Of a stretch of DNA of 64,000 nucleotides, positions 20,275 through 29,717 are shown in pieces; positions within the stretch are counted from its first letter, which is position 1, and every line of letters begins with the position of its first letter. A program made the translations under genes and the position numbers. The notes beneath the pieces are model-generated. The model did not search any database. It had not been told where the DNA came from and saw only the letters and a list, made by a program, of their open reading frames with translations. Location of the stretch: assembly GCA_951813565.1 (NCBI GenBank), contig OX638351.1, positions 4,064,001 through 4,128,000 on the forward strand. Reading direction: 5' to 3'. Source of the DNA: an uncultured Poribacteria bacterium (lineage in GTDB: Bacteria > Poribacteria > WGA-4E > WGA-3G).

Positions 20275-21324
20275 ATGTTCCTACGAAATATAGGATCAGT
20301 ATTGACTCAAAAACGAGTTCCGAGATTCGCATCGTACACACTCGGTTGCCTTGGAGTCATCTGCTTCAGCCTGGTTTTGATTGGTGGATACTACTTTTCC
20401 CCAACCGCTCCGTCAGAGGAAATTGTAACAATTACAATTGCGCCTGGCAACAGCACAACAAAGATTGCAAAACATCTGGCGACTAATAATTTGATTCGAA
20501 GCCCTCTTGCTTTCAAAATTGCGGTTCGGTATCGTGGGATAGGCACTCAACTCCGTGCTGGCACTTATCAACTTAGTCGTGACATGTCGCTCACGCGAAT
20601 TCTTGATGAACTCAAGAAAGGGCAAATAGAGTATCAGACTTTTACTGTGCCAGAAGGAATTACTGCAAAAGCAATTGCAGAACTATGGGCATCTTCTGGG
20701 TATGGCACTGCTGAAACGTTTGTGGCGGCAATGCAGTCCACTGAATTACGCCAAAAATACGTGCCTGAAGGCGTTACAGCGGAAGGCTACCTTTTTCCCG
20801 ATACTTACAAATTCGCTAAAGGAAGTACAGCAGAAACAATTGTCCAAATAATGTTGGCTGAAGCAGAAAAGAGATGGGACGAAACATTAGCTAAGGAAGC
20901 AAAAGCATTAGGTTTTACGAGACATCAAATCATCACGCTCGCATCTATTATTCAAAGAGAGGCCGGCTCCGAGTCAGAAATACCGAGAATTGCCAGTGTT
21001 TTTCATAATCGTCTTAAGCATAATTGGCGACTGCAAGCGGATCCAACTGTGCTTTATGCTTTAGGTGATCCGAAAAGGTTATTGACAAGAGCAGACCTAA
21101 AAGTTGTATCACCTTACAATACATACTTACATAAAGGGCTGCCACCCGGCCCTATTGGTAATCCGGGAATGGCTTCTATTTTAGGAGCGTTGAGACCTGA
21201 AGAAACATCATTTTATTATTTCGTTGCTATCGATGAAGGACAACATCATTTCTCAAAGACACTTGCTGAACATAATAGAATAATTCGCCAAGTTAAACGA
21301 AGAAAAGCCTCCTCAAATCGATAG
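20275..21324 (+). CDS. mltG: Endolytic transglycosylase MltG
   Basis: EGYLFPDTY, LASIIQRE, LQADPT and SPYNTY..GLPPGPI motifs. Confidence 0.95.
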   Translation: MFLRNIGSVLTQKRVPRFASYTLGCLGVICFSLVLIGGYYFSPTAPSEEIVTITIAPGNSTTKIAKHLATNNLIRSPLAFKIAVRYRGIGTQLRAGTYQLSRDMSLTRILDELKKGQIEYQTFTVPEGITAKAIAELWASSGYGTAETFVAAMQSTELRQKYVPEGVTAEGYLFPDTYKFAKGSTAETIVQIMLAEAEKRWDETLAKEAKALGFTRHQIITLASIIQREAGSESEIPRIASVFHNRLKHNWRLQADPTVLYALGDPKRLLTRADLKVVSPYNTYLHKGLPPGPIGNPGMASILGALRPEETSFYYFVAIDEGQHHFSKTLAEHNRIIRQVKRRKASSNR

Positions 21325-21405
21325 ACTAATGAAATATATGATTATGATACGATACATAAGGACATAAATAAACATATACGTGTGAACGGAGTCAAACATA
21401 ACTAT

Positions 21406-22716
21406 ATGGGAAATGTAGAATCTCAACAAACACTTCAGTCTGAAATCATAATTTCTGGAAAAGGGTTGATGCTGGGGGAACCAGTTGAACTGAAGATAAA
21501 GCCAGCTCCACCAGATTCCGGTATTGTCTTTCAACGGATTGACCAGCCAGAATCATCGGAGGTGAAAGTCTGCCCAGAAAATTGGGTAGAGGTATTACCG
21601 CGTTGCACAAGTTTACAGCATGGCGGGACAACAGTTAGTAGCGTTGAACATCTTCTTTCTGCGCTTGCGGGTCTTAGGATTGATAATGCAAAAGTAGAAC
21701 TTAATGCACAGGAACCCCCTGGTCTTGATGGTAGTGCTTTACCTTACGTTACTAAAATCCAAGAAGTTGGACTGACCCAGTTAGATGCCCCGCGCCGTTT
21801 CATTGAAGTTTCAGAACCGTTTGCTGTTTGTGATGGGAACAAGCAACTTATTTTTTTTCCATCCGATACTTTTGAAGTGACGTTCGCGTACGATCACCCG
21901 AATACTGCACCACAATTCGCTACATGGAACATGACAGCGGATACCTATATCAATGAAATTGCATCGGCTCGTAGTTTCTGTTTTGAGGCAGAAATTGAGG
22001 CATTGCAATCACTCGGAATCGGAAAAGGTGCAAGTTATGAAAATGTTGTGGTTGTCAAAACCGACGGACAAACGAGTTCGGAATTGAGATTTAAAGATGA
22101 ATTTGTCCGTCATAAAACGCTTGACCTTATTGGGGATCTCTACCTTGCAGGATACCTGCCGAAAGCACAGGTCATAGCAATGCGCACGGGACATACGTTT
22201 CATGCCCAATTTGTACAGGCGCTGTCAGAAAAAGGTATCCTTGATCTTGCAGACACAAAAGATGGCAAGGCAGATCAAACTGTTGAGGCAAAGGATATCT
22301 ATCGAATTCTGCCACATCGGCACCCGATGTGTTTGATTGATAGGGTCATTGAATTTGAAAATGGAAAACGCGCTGTGGGCATTAAAAATCTAACATATAA
22401 CGAACCTATATTTGAGGGACATTTTCCAGCACAACCAGTGATGCCGGGCGTTTTACAAGTGGAAGCACTTGCCCAACTCGGTGCATGGTTGCTGCTTCAA
22501 GAAATCGGAAAAGAGGATCAACTCGGTTATTTTAGGTCTATTAGCAAAGCAACTTTTCGGAAAATGGTTATACCGGGCGACCAACTCCGATTAGAAATTG
22601 AGATTGTTCAGCGGCGTAGCACCCTGGCACGAATTGTTGGGGAAATATATGTAGACGGTGCCCTTGCAACAGAAGCGGAATTGTCTATTGCACTTGCCGC
22701 TACAGAAAACGATTAG
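21406..22716 (+). CDS. lpxC-fabZ: Bifunctional LpxC / FabZ fusion
   Basis: VEHLLSAL and RHKTLDLIGDL (LpxC); LPHRHP and FEGHFPAQPVMPGVLQVEA (FabZ). Confidence 0.95.
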   Translation: MGNVESQQTLQSEIIISGKGLMLGEPVELKIKPAPPDSGIVFQRIDQPESSEVKVCPENWVEVLPRCTSLQHGGTTVSSVEHLLSALAGLRIDNAKVELNAQEPPGLDGSALPYVTKIQEVGLTQLDAPRRFIEVSEPFAVCDGNKQLIFFPSDTFEVTFAYDHPNTAPQFATWNMTADTYINEIASARSFCFEAEIEALQSLGIGKGASYENVVVVKTDGQTSSELRFKDEFVRHKTLDLIGDLYLAGYLPKAQVIAMRTGHTFHAQFVQALSEKGILDLADTKDGKADQTVEAKDIYRILPHRHPMCLIDRVIEFENGKRAVGIKNLTYNEPIFEGHFPAQPVMPGVLQVEALAQLGAWLLLQEIGKEDQLGYFRSISKATFRKMVIPGDQLRLEIEIVQRRSTLARIVGEIYVDGALATEAELSIALAATEND

Positions 22717-22785
22717 ACTCAACATGTCAATATTCTTGTAAATTTATTTTGAAAGTGCAAAACAATCAGAAAGTAGAGGCAACTT

Positions 22786-23616
22786 GTGACAGCGACAAAC
22801 ATTCATCCAACAGCAATTATTTCACCTAAGTCCGAATTAGGAGAAGGTGTCCGCATTGAGCCCTATACCATTGTTGAAGACCATGTTCAGATTGGTGCAA
22901 ATACTGTTATAGGACCGCATGTTCAGATCGGCAAATGGACTACCATTGGTGAAGATTGCCAAATATTTTTCGGTGCTACGGTCGGAAATCCCTCAAAAGA
23001 TCTCAAATATAATGGCGAACGGAGTTACGTTCGCATCGGCAACCGAAATGTGCTGCGTGAGTATGTCTCTATCTCTCGTTCAACTTTTGAAGATGGCGAA
23101 ACTGTTATTGGCGATGATAATCTTTTAATGAATTGGGTGAATATTGCGCATGACTGTATTATCGGCAGTAAAACGATTATGGCGAATTTTGCTACACTTG
23201 CTGGTCACGTAACAATTGAAGATGATGTCCGCCTCGGTGCTTACGCTGCGTTACACCAATTTGTTCGCGTCGGTAAAATGGCGATGGCGGGTGGCTGTTC
23301 AAAAATTGTCCAAGACATTCCCCCGTTTGCACTATCGGCTGGTCAACCCGCCCGTGTTCGTGATCTAAATCGCATCGGTATTCGAACATCTCGCATTAAT
23401 CCATTAGCGAAATTGTCCCCTGAAACATTTGCCCTCCTTAAAAAAGCTTTCCGTATTTTGTTCCGTTCTGGCTTACCCTTAAGACATGCTGTTACTAAAG
23501 TCAGAGAAGAATTACCAACAGACCCAGAACTTGAATATCTACTGCAGTTTATAGAATCGTCCAAACGCGGTATCGGTTTCAGCCAACCGAATCGTCCTGT
23601 GAAGCGGGAAGGATAA
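22786..23616 (+). CDS. lpxA: UDP-N-acetylglucosamine O-acyltransferase
   Basis: IHPTAII hexapeptide repeats, IAHDC, LAGHV, HQF and SKRGI motifs. Confidence 0.95.
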   Translation: MTATNIHPTAIISPKSELGEGVRIEPYTIVEDHVQIGANTVIGPHVQIGKWTTIGEDCQIFFGATVGNPSKDLKYNGERSYVRIGNRNVLREYVSISRSTFEDGETVIGDDNLLMNWVNIAHDCIIGSKTIMANFATLAGHVTIEDDVRLGAYAALHQFVRVGKMAMAGGCSKIVQDIPPFALSAGQPARVRDLNRIGIRTSRINPLAKLSPETFALLKKAFRILFRSGLPLRHAVTKVREELPTDPELEYLLQFIESSKRGIGFSQPNRPVKREG

Positions 23617-23909
23617 TTTACTGTCGACACACAGGAGAAAGTCATGGATACCATAAAAGACTTTGAAATTAAACAGAGAAAGTATATGCCAATCTTTACA
23701 AAGGCGAGTGGTAAACCGACTATCTATTTAATGAGATTGATCCATTTGATGTTGCTAAAGTTTTACCGAATACGGAGCGGACGCTTGAACTGAAAAAATA
23801 TGAAATCAAGTAGGGACAGGGCAAGGCAGCCTCTCCCTGATATAAAATGAAAACCAACACAAATTTAAAATGGCGCGATATTTTTTGAGTTTCAAACGGA
23901 GTGCTAATT

Positions 23910-24821
23910 ATGAACGGAGAATGCCTTTCCCATTTATTAACAGAAGCAGAGCGAAATCATTTTGAAGAACAGGGATACCTTTACGTGCCGAACGCGCTAT
24001 CATCAGAGATGGTGGAGTACCTAACAAACGCTGTTGATAAACTTCACAGCGATGCGCTTGAAACGGGTAAAGCAAAACCTGGACACCACTGGGGTTGGTC
24101 AAATTTCTTAGGGACAGATGATGCATTCTTGGAACTTGTTGACCTGCCGACAACGCTGCCTAAAGTTTGGGGTATTCTGGGATGGAATATCTATCTTTAC
24201 CATGCACACATGCACGTCAAACCGCCTGCCCCGCCAGATGCCCAAGAAGGTGACGGATGGTTGGAATGGCATCAAGACAGCGGTCGCGTCAATATTGAGA
24301 TGGAGACACACCCACGTCCGCGTTTATCGTTGAAAGTGGCGTATTTCCTTACAGATGTCTCTGAACCTGGTCGTGGTAATTTCTATATCCGTCCCGGTAG
24401 CCACTTCTCAGATGTGCCACTCCCAGAGTTAGAAATCAGCCGTGACCCTCGTGAAAAAACAGTGTCAGGTATTCCCGAAGATGCAATGCCTGTGTGCGTA
24501 GAACCTGGGACTGCCGTTCTATTTGACAGGCGACTTTGGCACTCGCGCAGTCCTAACACCTCACAGATGACGCGGAAGGCGCTGTTTTACGGCTATGGGT
24601 ATAGGTGGATTCGTCAGAAAGACGATATGACGGTGGAACATCTCTATGACCGTTGCGATCCGATTCGCCGTCAATTGCTCGGTGCTGCTGTTAGAAACAA
24701 TGGTCGCTATGTTCCGACTGATGAGGATGTGCCATTGCGTGGTTGGCTAATTGAGCAATTTGGTGAAAACGCTGTGTATGCACAGGGGCCGCTTAGTTCT
24801 TATAGTAAATTATGTAAATAA
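23910..24821 (+). CDS. Phytanoyl-CoA dioxygenase (PhyH) family 2OG-Fe(II) oxygenase
   Basis: WHQD, RPGSH, LWH and R motifs; the last six codons come from a MITE. Confidence 0.88.
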   Translation: MNGECLSHLLTEAERNHFEEQGYLYVPNALSSEMVEYLTNAVDKLHSDALETGKAKPGHHWGWSNFLGTDDAFLELVDLPTTLPKVWGILGWNIYLYHAHMHVKPPAPPDAQEGDGWLEWHQDSGRVNIEMETHPRPRLSLKVAYFLTDVSEPGRGNFYIRPGSHFSDVPLPELEISRDPREKTVSGIPEDAMPVCVEPGTAVLFDRRLWHSRSPNTSQMTRKALFYGYGYRWIRQKDDMTVEHLYDRCDPIRRQLLGAAVRNNGRYVPTDEDVPLRGWLIEQFGENAVYAQGPLSSYSKLCK

Positions 24822-24935
24822 GTTCACATATATTCTGTAGGAGCGATCTCCGAATCGTGACGAAACCACTAATAGTCGGGAATCGGAGTTCCCTCGGACA
24901 GCTCAGATGTCCAGTTAATCGTAGAATCCGCTATA
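24801..24935. mobile_element. TA-flanked MITE carrying a REP pair
   Basis: TATAGTAAATTATGTAAATAA...TTAATCGTAGAATCCGCTATA; second copy at 11005-11297. Confidence 0.8.
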
Positions 24936-24944
24936 ATTCACACC

Positions 24945-25997
24945 TCACGGCAGCAGACATACCTTTCCAAAGTTCTTACGCGATTCCAGCAGTTGGTGTG
25001 CTTCACCCGCTTTATCTAAAGGCAGTGTCCGATCAATGATAGGGACTAAAAATCCCAGTTCTGCAAGACGAACAAGTTTTCTAAGTTCTTTAGTCGTACC
25101 TAACGCTGATCCCATGATTGTAAGTTGTTTTTGATACATCTTTCTAATATTAATTTGCCCAATATTGCCCGTTGTTACACCACACGAAACGAGCCTGCCG
25201 TTTTTAGCGAGACTACTGATACTCTGTTCCCATGTTGCAGCACCAACATGTTCTAAGACAACATCAACACCCCGACCATTTGTTTCTTCCAATATGACCT
25301 CTGAGAAATCAACATCGGTGTAGTTAATGGTAACATTTGCGCCGAATTGTTTGGCGCGTGCTAATTTTTCATCAGTGCTTGCAGTAGCAAAAATACGTGC
25401 GCCGATAAATTTGGCAATTTGTAACCCCGCACTGCCGACACTTCCTCCCGCGCCAAGTATCAGCACATCTTCACCTGCGCGGAGTTGTGCACGTGTGATG
25501 AGCATGTGCCATGCTGTCAGGTAAGCAATCGGCAATGCTGACGCCTCAACGAAAGACAACGGACTCGCTATCCAAATCGCATTCTTGGCTGGTGCCTTGA
25601 CGTACTCCGCATAACCACCGTCAGTTTGGAATCCGAGCAGTTGTTGTGTATCACACAGATTTTCATAACCGTTAATGCAGTCGCTACAGACACCGCACGG
25701 AATACATGGCGCGAGGAGCACACGGTCACCGATAGCGAGGTCGGGATGTTCCCCAGAGATTTCGACTATTTCACCTGCAATGTCAGAACCTAAAATGTGG
25801 GGTGCGCCAGTTTCTTCAAGTTTCTGCTTTATCTCAGGTCGGTCGCGGCGTGCATGGATGTCAAGGTAGTTGACAGCGCATGACTTGACTTTGACGAGGA
25901 TTTCATCAGGTTCAAGGGTAGGTTGTTCCACCTCCTGGTACTGTAATACGTTAACCTCACCTTGCTCTGTGAACGCAATTGCTTTCATTACCATCAT
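24945..25997 (-). CDS. Zinc-binding dehydrogenase / quinone oxidoreductase (MDR)
   Basis: PHILGSD, CGVCSDC..C structural Zn site, GAGGSVG and FGKVCL motifs. Confidence 0.9.
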   Translation of the reverse strand: MMVMKAIAFTEQGEVNVLQYQEVEQPTLEPDEILVKVKSCAVNYLDIHARRDRPEIKQKLEETGAPHILGSDIAGEIVEISGEHPDLAIGDRVLLAPCIPCGVCSDCINGYENLCDTQQLLGFQTDGGYAEYVKAPAKNAIWIASPLSFVEASALPIAYLTAWHMLITRAQLRAGEDVLILGAGGSVGSAGLQIAKFIGARIFATASTDEKLARAKQFGANVTINYTDVDFSEVILEETNGRGVDVVLEHVGAATWEQSISSLAKNGRLVSCGVTTGNIGQINIRKMYQKQLTIMGSALGTTKELRKLVRLAELGFLVPIIDRTLPLDKAGEAHQLLESRKNFGKVCLLP

Positions 25998-26671
25998 TTT
26001 TCCGATGAATCAGAATAGGTGCGCCAGATTGAATCTGCAAGTCGACTTCCGGCACCAACTAACCGTGCTAAAACGCCAATCTGTTCTTTACAAAATACAC
26101 TGTCAGTTGGTTCAGGATAGTTGACCAAGTGATCTATTTCGCCCCAAACCTCCTCAAAAAGGGTTCTGATCTGAATTTCGCAAGAAACAGGTGAATCCTC
26201 TCTGGGCTTAATGACGTAGTGAATGCTGGTGTACAAACTCTCTTTCACGTCAACCTTTAAATCATGAGAGGCAAAAAAATCTTGTGATTCCGGGTCCCAA
26301 GTATAGGCTTTCGGTTGTTCATAAAGTATCCAATCCTGGCTATCCAATTTTTGTCTTATTGCAGAATGAATCTGTGTGAATTGCGATTGACACAAATGCA
26401 GCACTCGAACACCAGCAATGTCAGTTATCCGATCAAAGATATTTTCTGGTGTGATTGGGTCTTCAGTTGACGATTTACGTTGTATTTTTTCACGAAGGTG
26501 TTCCAAATTCTTTATTCGACTTTTAACTGAATGAACGATTTGTGGTGGTTGGGTTAGTTTTGGATGCGTTTCAAAAAAGCGAACTATGTTCGCGCGAAAA
26601 AGGTCTATATTGTGGTGTTCGCTTTTAACTCGCTCTATAATAGCTTCCATACTTGCTTCATCAACCATCAA
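25994..26671 (-). CDS. Small alarmone synthetase-like RelA/SpoT nucleotidyltransferase-domain protein
   Basis: SRIK..HLREK (Syn1), TDIAGVRV (Syn2), YTSIHY (Syn3), EIQIRT (Syn4) and WGEIDH; no HD hydrolase domain. Confidence 0.9.
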   Translation of the reverse strand: MMVDEASMEAIIERVKSEHHNIDLFRANIVRFFETHPKLTQPPQIVHSVKSRIKNLEHLREKIQRKSSTEDPITPENIFDRITDIAGVRVLHLCQSQFTQIHSAIRQKLDSQDWILYEQPKAYTWDPESQDFFASHDLKVDVKESLYTSIHYVIKPREDSPVSCEIQIRTLFEEVWGEIDHLVNYPEPTDSVFCKEQIGVLARLVGAGSRLADSIWRTYSDSSEK

Positions 26672-27774
26672 TTGCCCTCCAGTTGCTCCAGCCGCGTCAA
26701 GAGGTCTTTGGCAAAAATATGGAAGCCTGTTTGGGTGCTTTTAAATCGTTGACTATTGCCTAAAATAGTACTCTTATCTTCTGTCTCCAAGTTTTCACAA
26801 CTCGGGACTTCCCACATAGGTGTTCTGTATTTTTGAGCCATATTCGGAAGCGTTGAAAAGGTGTGCATAACGGCCATTTCACCGATAGGCCTTTCTAACT
26901 GCACTTCGGTTAGATGCTTCCTATGGTCTTTATCTATATACTTTCGAATTGTCGCGGGAATTTGCTTAGCGTAGTTATAATGTGCTTTAGATAAATCCCA
27001 TTCGCTTGCTCCGGTATATTTCTTGGCATTGAAAATTGTGAACCCCAAAAAACTGACGAAATTCTTAGGGAAATGACTTAACTTTGCATCGGAGAGTAGT
27101 GTGAAGATCGTATTAAAATCACGCTTCCAACCCTTAAGGGATTTACCAATATTCTGTATGCCGTAAAGAGAAAACATATCTGGCATGCAAGGAATGAGAA
27201 ATCCATCTACAGTGGATATGATGACTTTATTAAGTATGCCAAGACTTGGTGATGTATCAATTACAACATAGTCATAGGCATAATTTTCTGCATACACTTC
27301 GCAAAAATTTCGGATTTGTGTTACAGTCCGAATTGCAAGTGGGTCCCCCCCATAAACATCGTTCCATCGACTCGCAATTTTGTCTTCATAAGTATGTATT
27401 GAAAGTCTACCTGGAATCATTCCCAAGTTATCGTGTAGATCAAGGGGTTTGGCAAGGGTTTTTGGTATATCTGTCCCATCCTCAGTAGGTTTTAAGAGAA
27501 AATGGATGGAACGCACATCCCGTGCGATATTCTCAAACTCACTAAGGGGTTTTTCATCACGCGCTTGAACAAAGTCATCTATAAATGCTTCCTCAACCTG
27601 CCAGATATTGTGTAATTGCTCTGGATCCAAGCCAAATAATGTCAGATTTGATTGCGGGTCTAAATCAACAAGAAGCGTTTTATAGCCCAACTCAGCGAGT
27701 GCATACCCAAGATGATAGGTCAAAGTTGTTTTACCGACACCTCCTTTATTGTTGAATACGGCAATTGACTTCAT
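26668..27774 (-). CDS. ParA/Soj-family ATPase, long variant (368 aa)
   Basis: FNNKGGVGKTT deviant Walker A, VDLDPQSNLT and IDTSPSLG; GAAGGAG RBS before MKSIAVF. Confidence 0.9.
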   Translation of the reverse strand: MKSIAVFNNKGGVGKTTLTYHLGYALAELGYKTLLVDLDPQSNLTLFGLDPEQLHNIWQVEEAFIDDFVQARDEKPLSEFENIARDVRSIHFLLKPTEDGTDIPKTLAKPLDLHDNLGMIPGRLSIHTYEDKIASRWNDVYGGDPLAIRTVTQIRNFCEVYAENYAYDYVVIDTSPSLGILNKVIISTVDGFLIPCMPDMFSLYGIQNIGKSLKGWKRDFNTIFTLLSDAKLSHFPKNFVSFLGFTIFNAKKYTGASEWDLSKAHYNYAKQIPATIRKYIDKDHRKHLTEVQLERPIGEMAVMHTFSTLPNMAQKYRTPMWEVPSCENLETEDKSTILGNSQRFKSTQTGFHIFAKDLLTRLEQLEGN

Positions 27775-27810
27775 GGCTGTTTCTCCTTCCAATGTGCTAA
27801 ATATTATTAG

Positions 27811-28043
27811 TTGGTCAAACAAGAACAAACGATACCCAACCAAGTTGGTAAGTCAACGCAGAACCCAACACGCCGACGCATCTTTCAAATGTTTGAGGGT
27901 ATTGATGTCCTATTGATAGAACAAAACGGTCATATACAACGCACTATCGTGAACATAACAGTGATAAAGTCTCAAATTATCAACATATTAGGTATAGAAG
28001 TCAAAAAAGTTTATTTTCCAGATCCGTAACTGCGGAATGTAGG
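27811..28043 (+). pseudogene. IS1634-family transposase 3-prime remnant with right end
   Basis: IPNQVGKSTQNPTRRRIFQMFEGI resembles the IS1634 C-terminus as recalled; followed by a TGCGGAATGTAGG terminus. Confidence 0.72.
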
Positions 28044-28100
28044 ATATATCTCTAAGTTGACACCTATGGGTAGAGCGAAGCAAAACCCACAATTAAACTC

Positions 28101-29717
28101 TTAATTTCCCCAAGCATAAGCAAACAAAAAAACAAAACGGTGTTGCTGCTCGGTTTCACCTATTGCATGTTCCGCGTTTTGGATATGTCGCCACGCATAG
28201 TTGACAGAACAATTCAATGCGGTAATCGGTCTATATTTCCAACCAATCCGAATTTCAGAAAGCCGTTCAACTATACCTGAAGGAAACGAAATGTTTTCAT
28301 AATCCTCACCGTAAAAACGGTCAGTAATATCTGCTTCCCCGTTTCGCTGATGACTAAAACGACTTTCGATTACTGCTGAAGGTGTTGCCTGATACGACAC
28401 GCGGAACGTGAATATATCCGCATCCGTGCCAATCGGATGTCCAATCATTGTGCCGAAATGTGTGAACTGATTGTCGGGGGCAAGATGTGTATACGCCCAC
28501 CGATTGACTTGGACGTATTCTGTGTGTATACCGAGTTGACGCTTCATAAGTTGTGGATACCATTTTATACCGGTAAGCCATGTAACCGCATGCGGGTCAT
28601 CGGTTTCTGGATTATACTGAAAATCATCTGCAACCCACTCTACATATAGACGAACACCATCAATCGGACGCACTGCCCCATCAAAACTAAACATGATGTT
28701 GTCATCTTTTTTAGCATTGTATTGAACCGCATAATATGGGATAACGGGATTAAGATAGTTCCACTCCACCGTTTGCACATCACCACCGTAAAGTACCCAT
28801 TCAGCCGCACCGATTTCAAGCCAATCGCTAAATTGATAGTCAAGTCGATGTGCGCTCAGATAACGTTTCGCGAGATAGCGCGTTGTGCCATCGTCAAACC
28901 ACGTTGAATTGAGTTGCGCAGAAAATGCTGTTGCTTTCAGCGTTCCTATTTTGCAAGGAAAAGTGCCTGTAAGTCGAATAAGTTCAAACGGTGGCGAGTT
29001 GTCCGAAATCCCAACAGATTTGCCAGGACTCGCTCCCCAAAACACAAAATCTCTGCCCACTAATAAGTCTAACGATGCATCTCCAAAAGGCATCAAATGG
29101 TATTGCAGATAACTCCTTTTGAAGTCCATAACATAATCGCCACGCCACTTTTCAAATCGTTGGTCGGCAGATTTTAGAAGTGGTGGCGGATCAGGCAGAA
29201 AAAAACTCTCTATAAAATCTGTACCTTGCTCAAAATTGGAGAATTCTAACTCAGAATGTACAGTTAGCCGATGCTTGTTGTTTCCGACAGCATAATGCAA
29301 TCCACTTTGAAGCGCAGGGGCAATTTTTTTATCTGCAAAACGTAGTTCTGGCTGAATCCGTATGTCAGTTTTTTGTTTTGTATGTGCTAATTCGAAGCGA
29401 AATTCACGTTTGAGTTTCTCTAATAGCTTCCTATCCATTGGAGAAACAGCGACTTCCCCCGCTTGGATTCGCGTTTCAGCACGTTGGATTATTTTTGCCA
29501 CATCGTCACGAGATAGCGGTAAAGAGTGCCGATGAAACCCACCCGTAATACCTGCCACCTCAAGTTTTGCGAGCGTTTCAATTACCCACCCGTCAAAGTT
29601 GAGCGGTATATTCGGCGCAGCATGAACTGAAGAAGAATTGAGTAGAAACAACAGGCAAATAGAGCATAGAAACAACGCGACTTTCTTACATGCTATGCTT
29701 AAAAACTGCGATTTCAT
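28101..29717 (-). CDS. Capsule assembly Wzi-family outer-membrane beta-barrel
   Basis: Signal peptide; [33 protein letters not shown]; aromatic C-terminus. Confidence 0.75.
   Translation of the reverse strand: MKSQFLSIACKKVALFLCSICLLFLLNSSSVHAAPNIPLNFDGWVIETLAKLEVAGITGGFHRHSLPLSRDDVAKIIQRAETRIQAGEVAVSPMDRKLLEKLKREFRFELAHTKQKTDIRIQPELRFADKKIAPALQSGLHYAVGNNKHRLTVHSELEFSNFEQGTDFIESFFLPDPPPLLKSADQRFEKWRGDYVMDFKRSYLQYHLMPFGDASLDLLVGRDFVFWGASPGKSVGISDNSPPFELIRLTGTFPCKIGTLKATAFSAQLNSTWFDDGTTRYLAKRYLSAHRLDYQFSDWLEIGAAEWVLYGGDVQTVEWNYLNPVIPYYAVQYNAKKDDNIMFSFDGAVRPIDGVRLYVEWVADDFQYNPETDDPHAVTWLTGIKWYPQLMKRQLGIHTEYVQVNRWAYTHLAPDNQFTHFGTMIGHPIGTDADIFTFRVSYQATPSAVIESRFSHQRNGEADITDRFYGEDYENISFPSGIVERLSEIRIGWKYRPITALNCSVNYAWRHIQNAEHAIGETEQQHRFVFLFAYAWGN

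Noticed and set aside
21406..22716. LpxC-FabZ fusion as a novelty
   Set aside because: This fusion is well known in Bacteroidota and related lineages; it is useful only as a taxonomic hint.
23644..23813. Short ORF with AGGAG RBS after lpxA, possibly a frameshifted remnant
   Set aside because: 49 codons and no recognisable motif, so a call cannot be supported.
26668..27774. ParA as a chromosome or plasmid partition locus
   Set aside because: No parB, parS or replication genes are nearby. The protein is longer than Soj and is coupled to an SAS gene.
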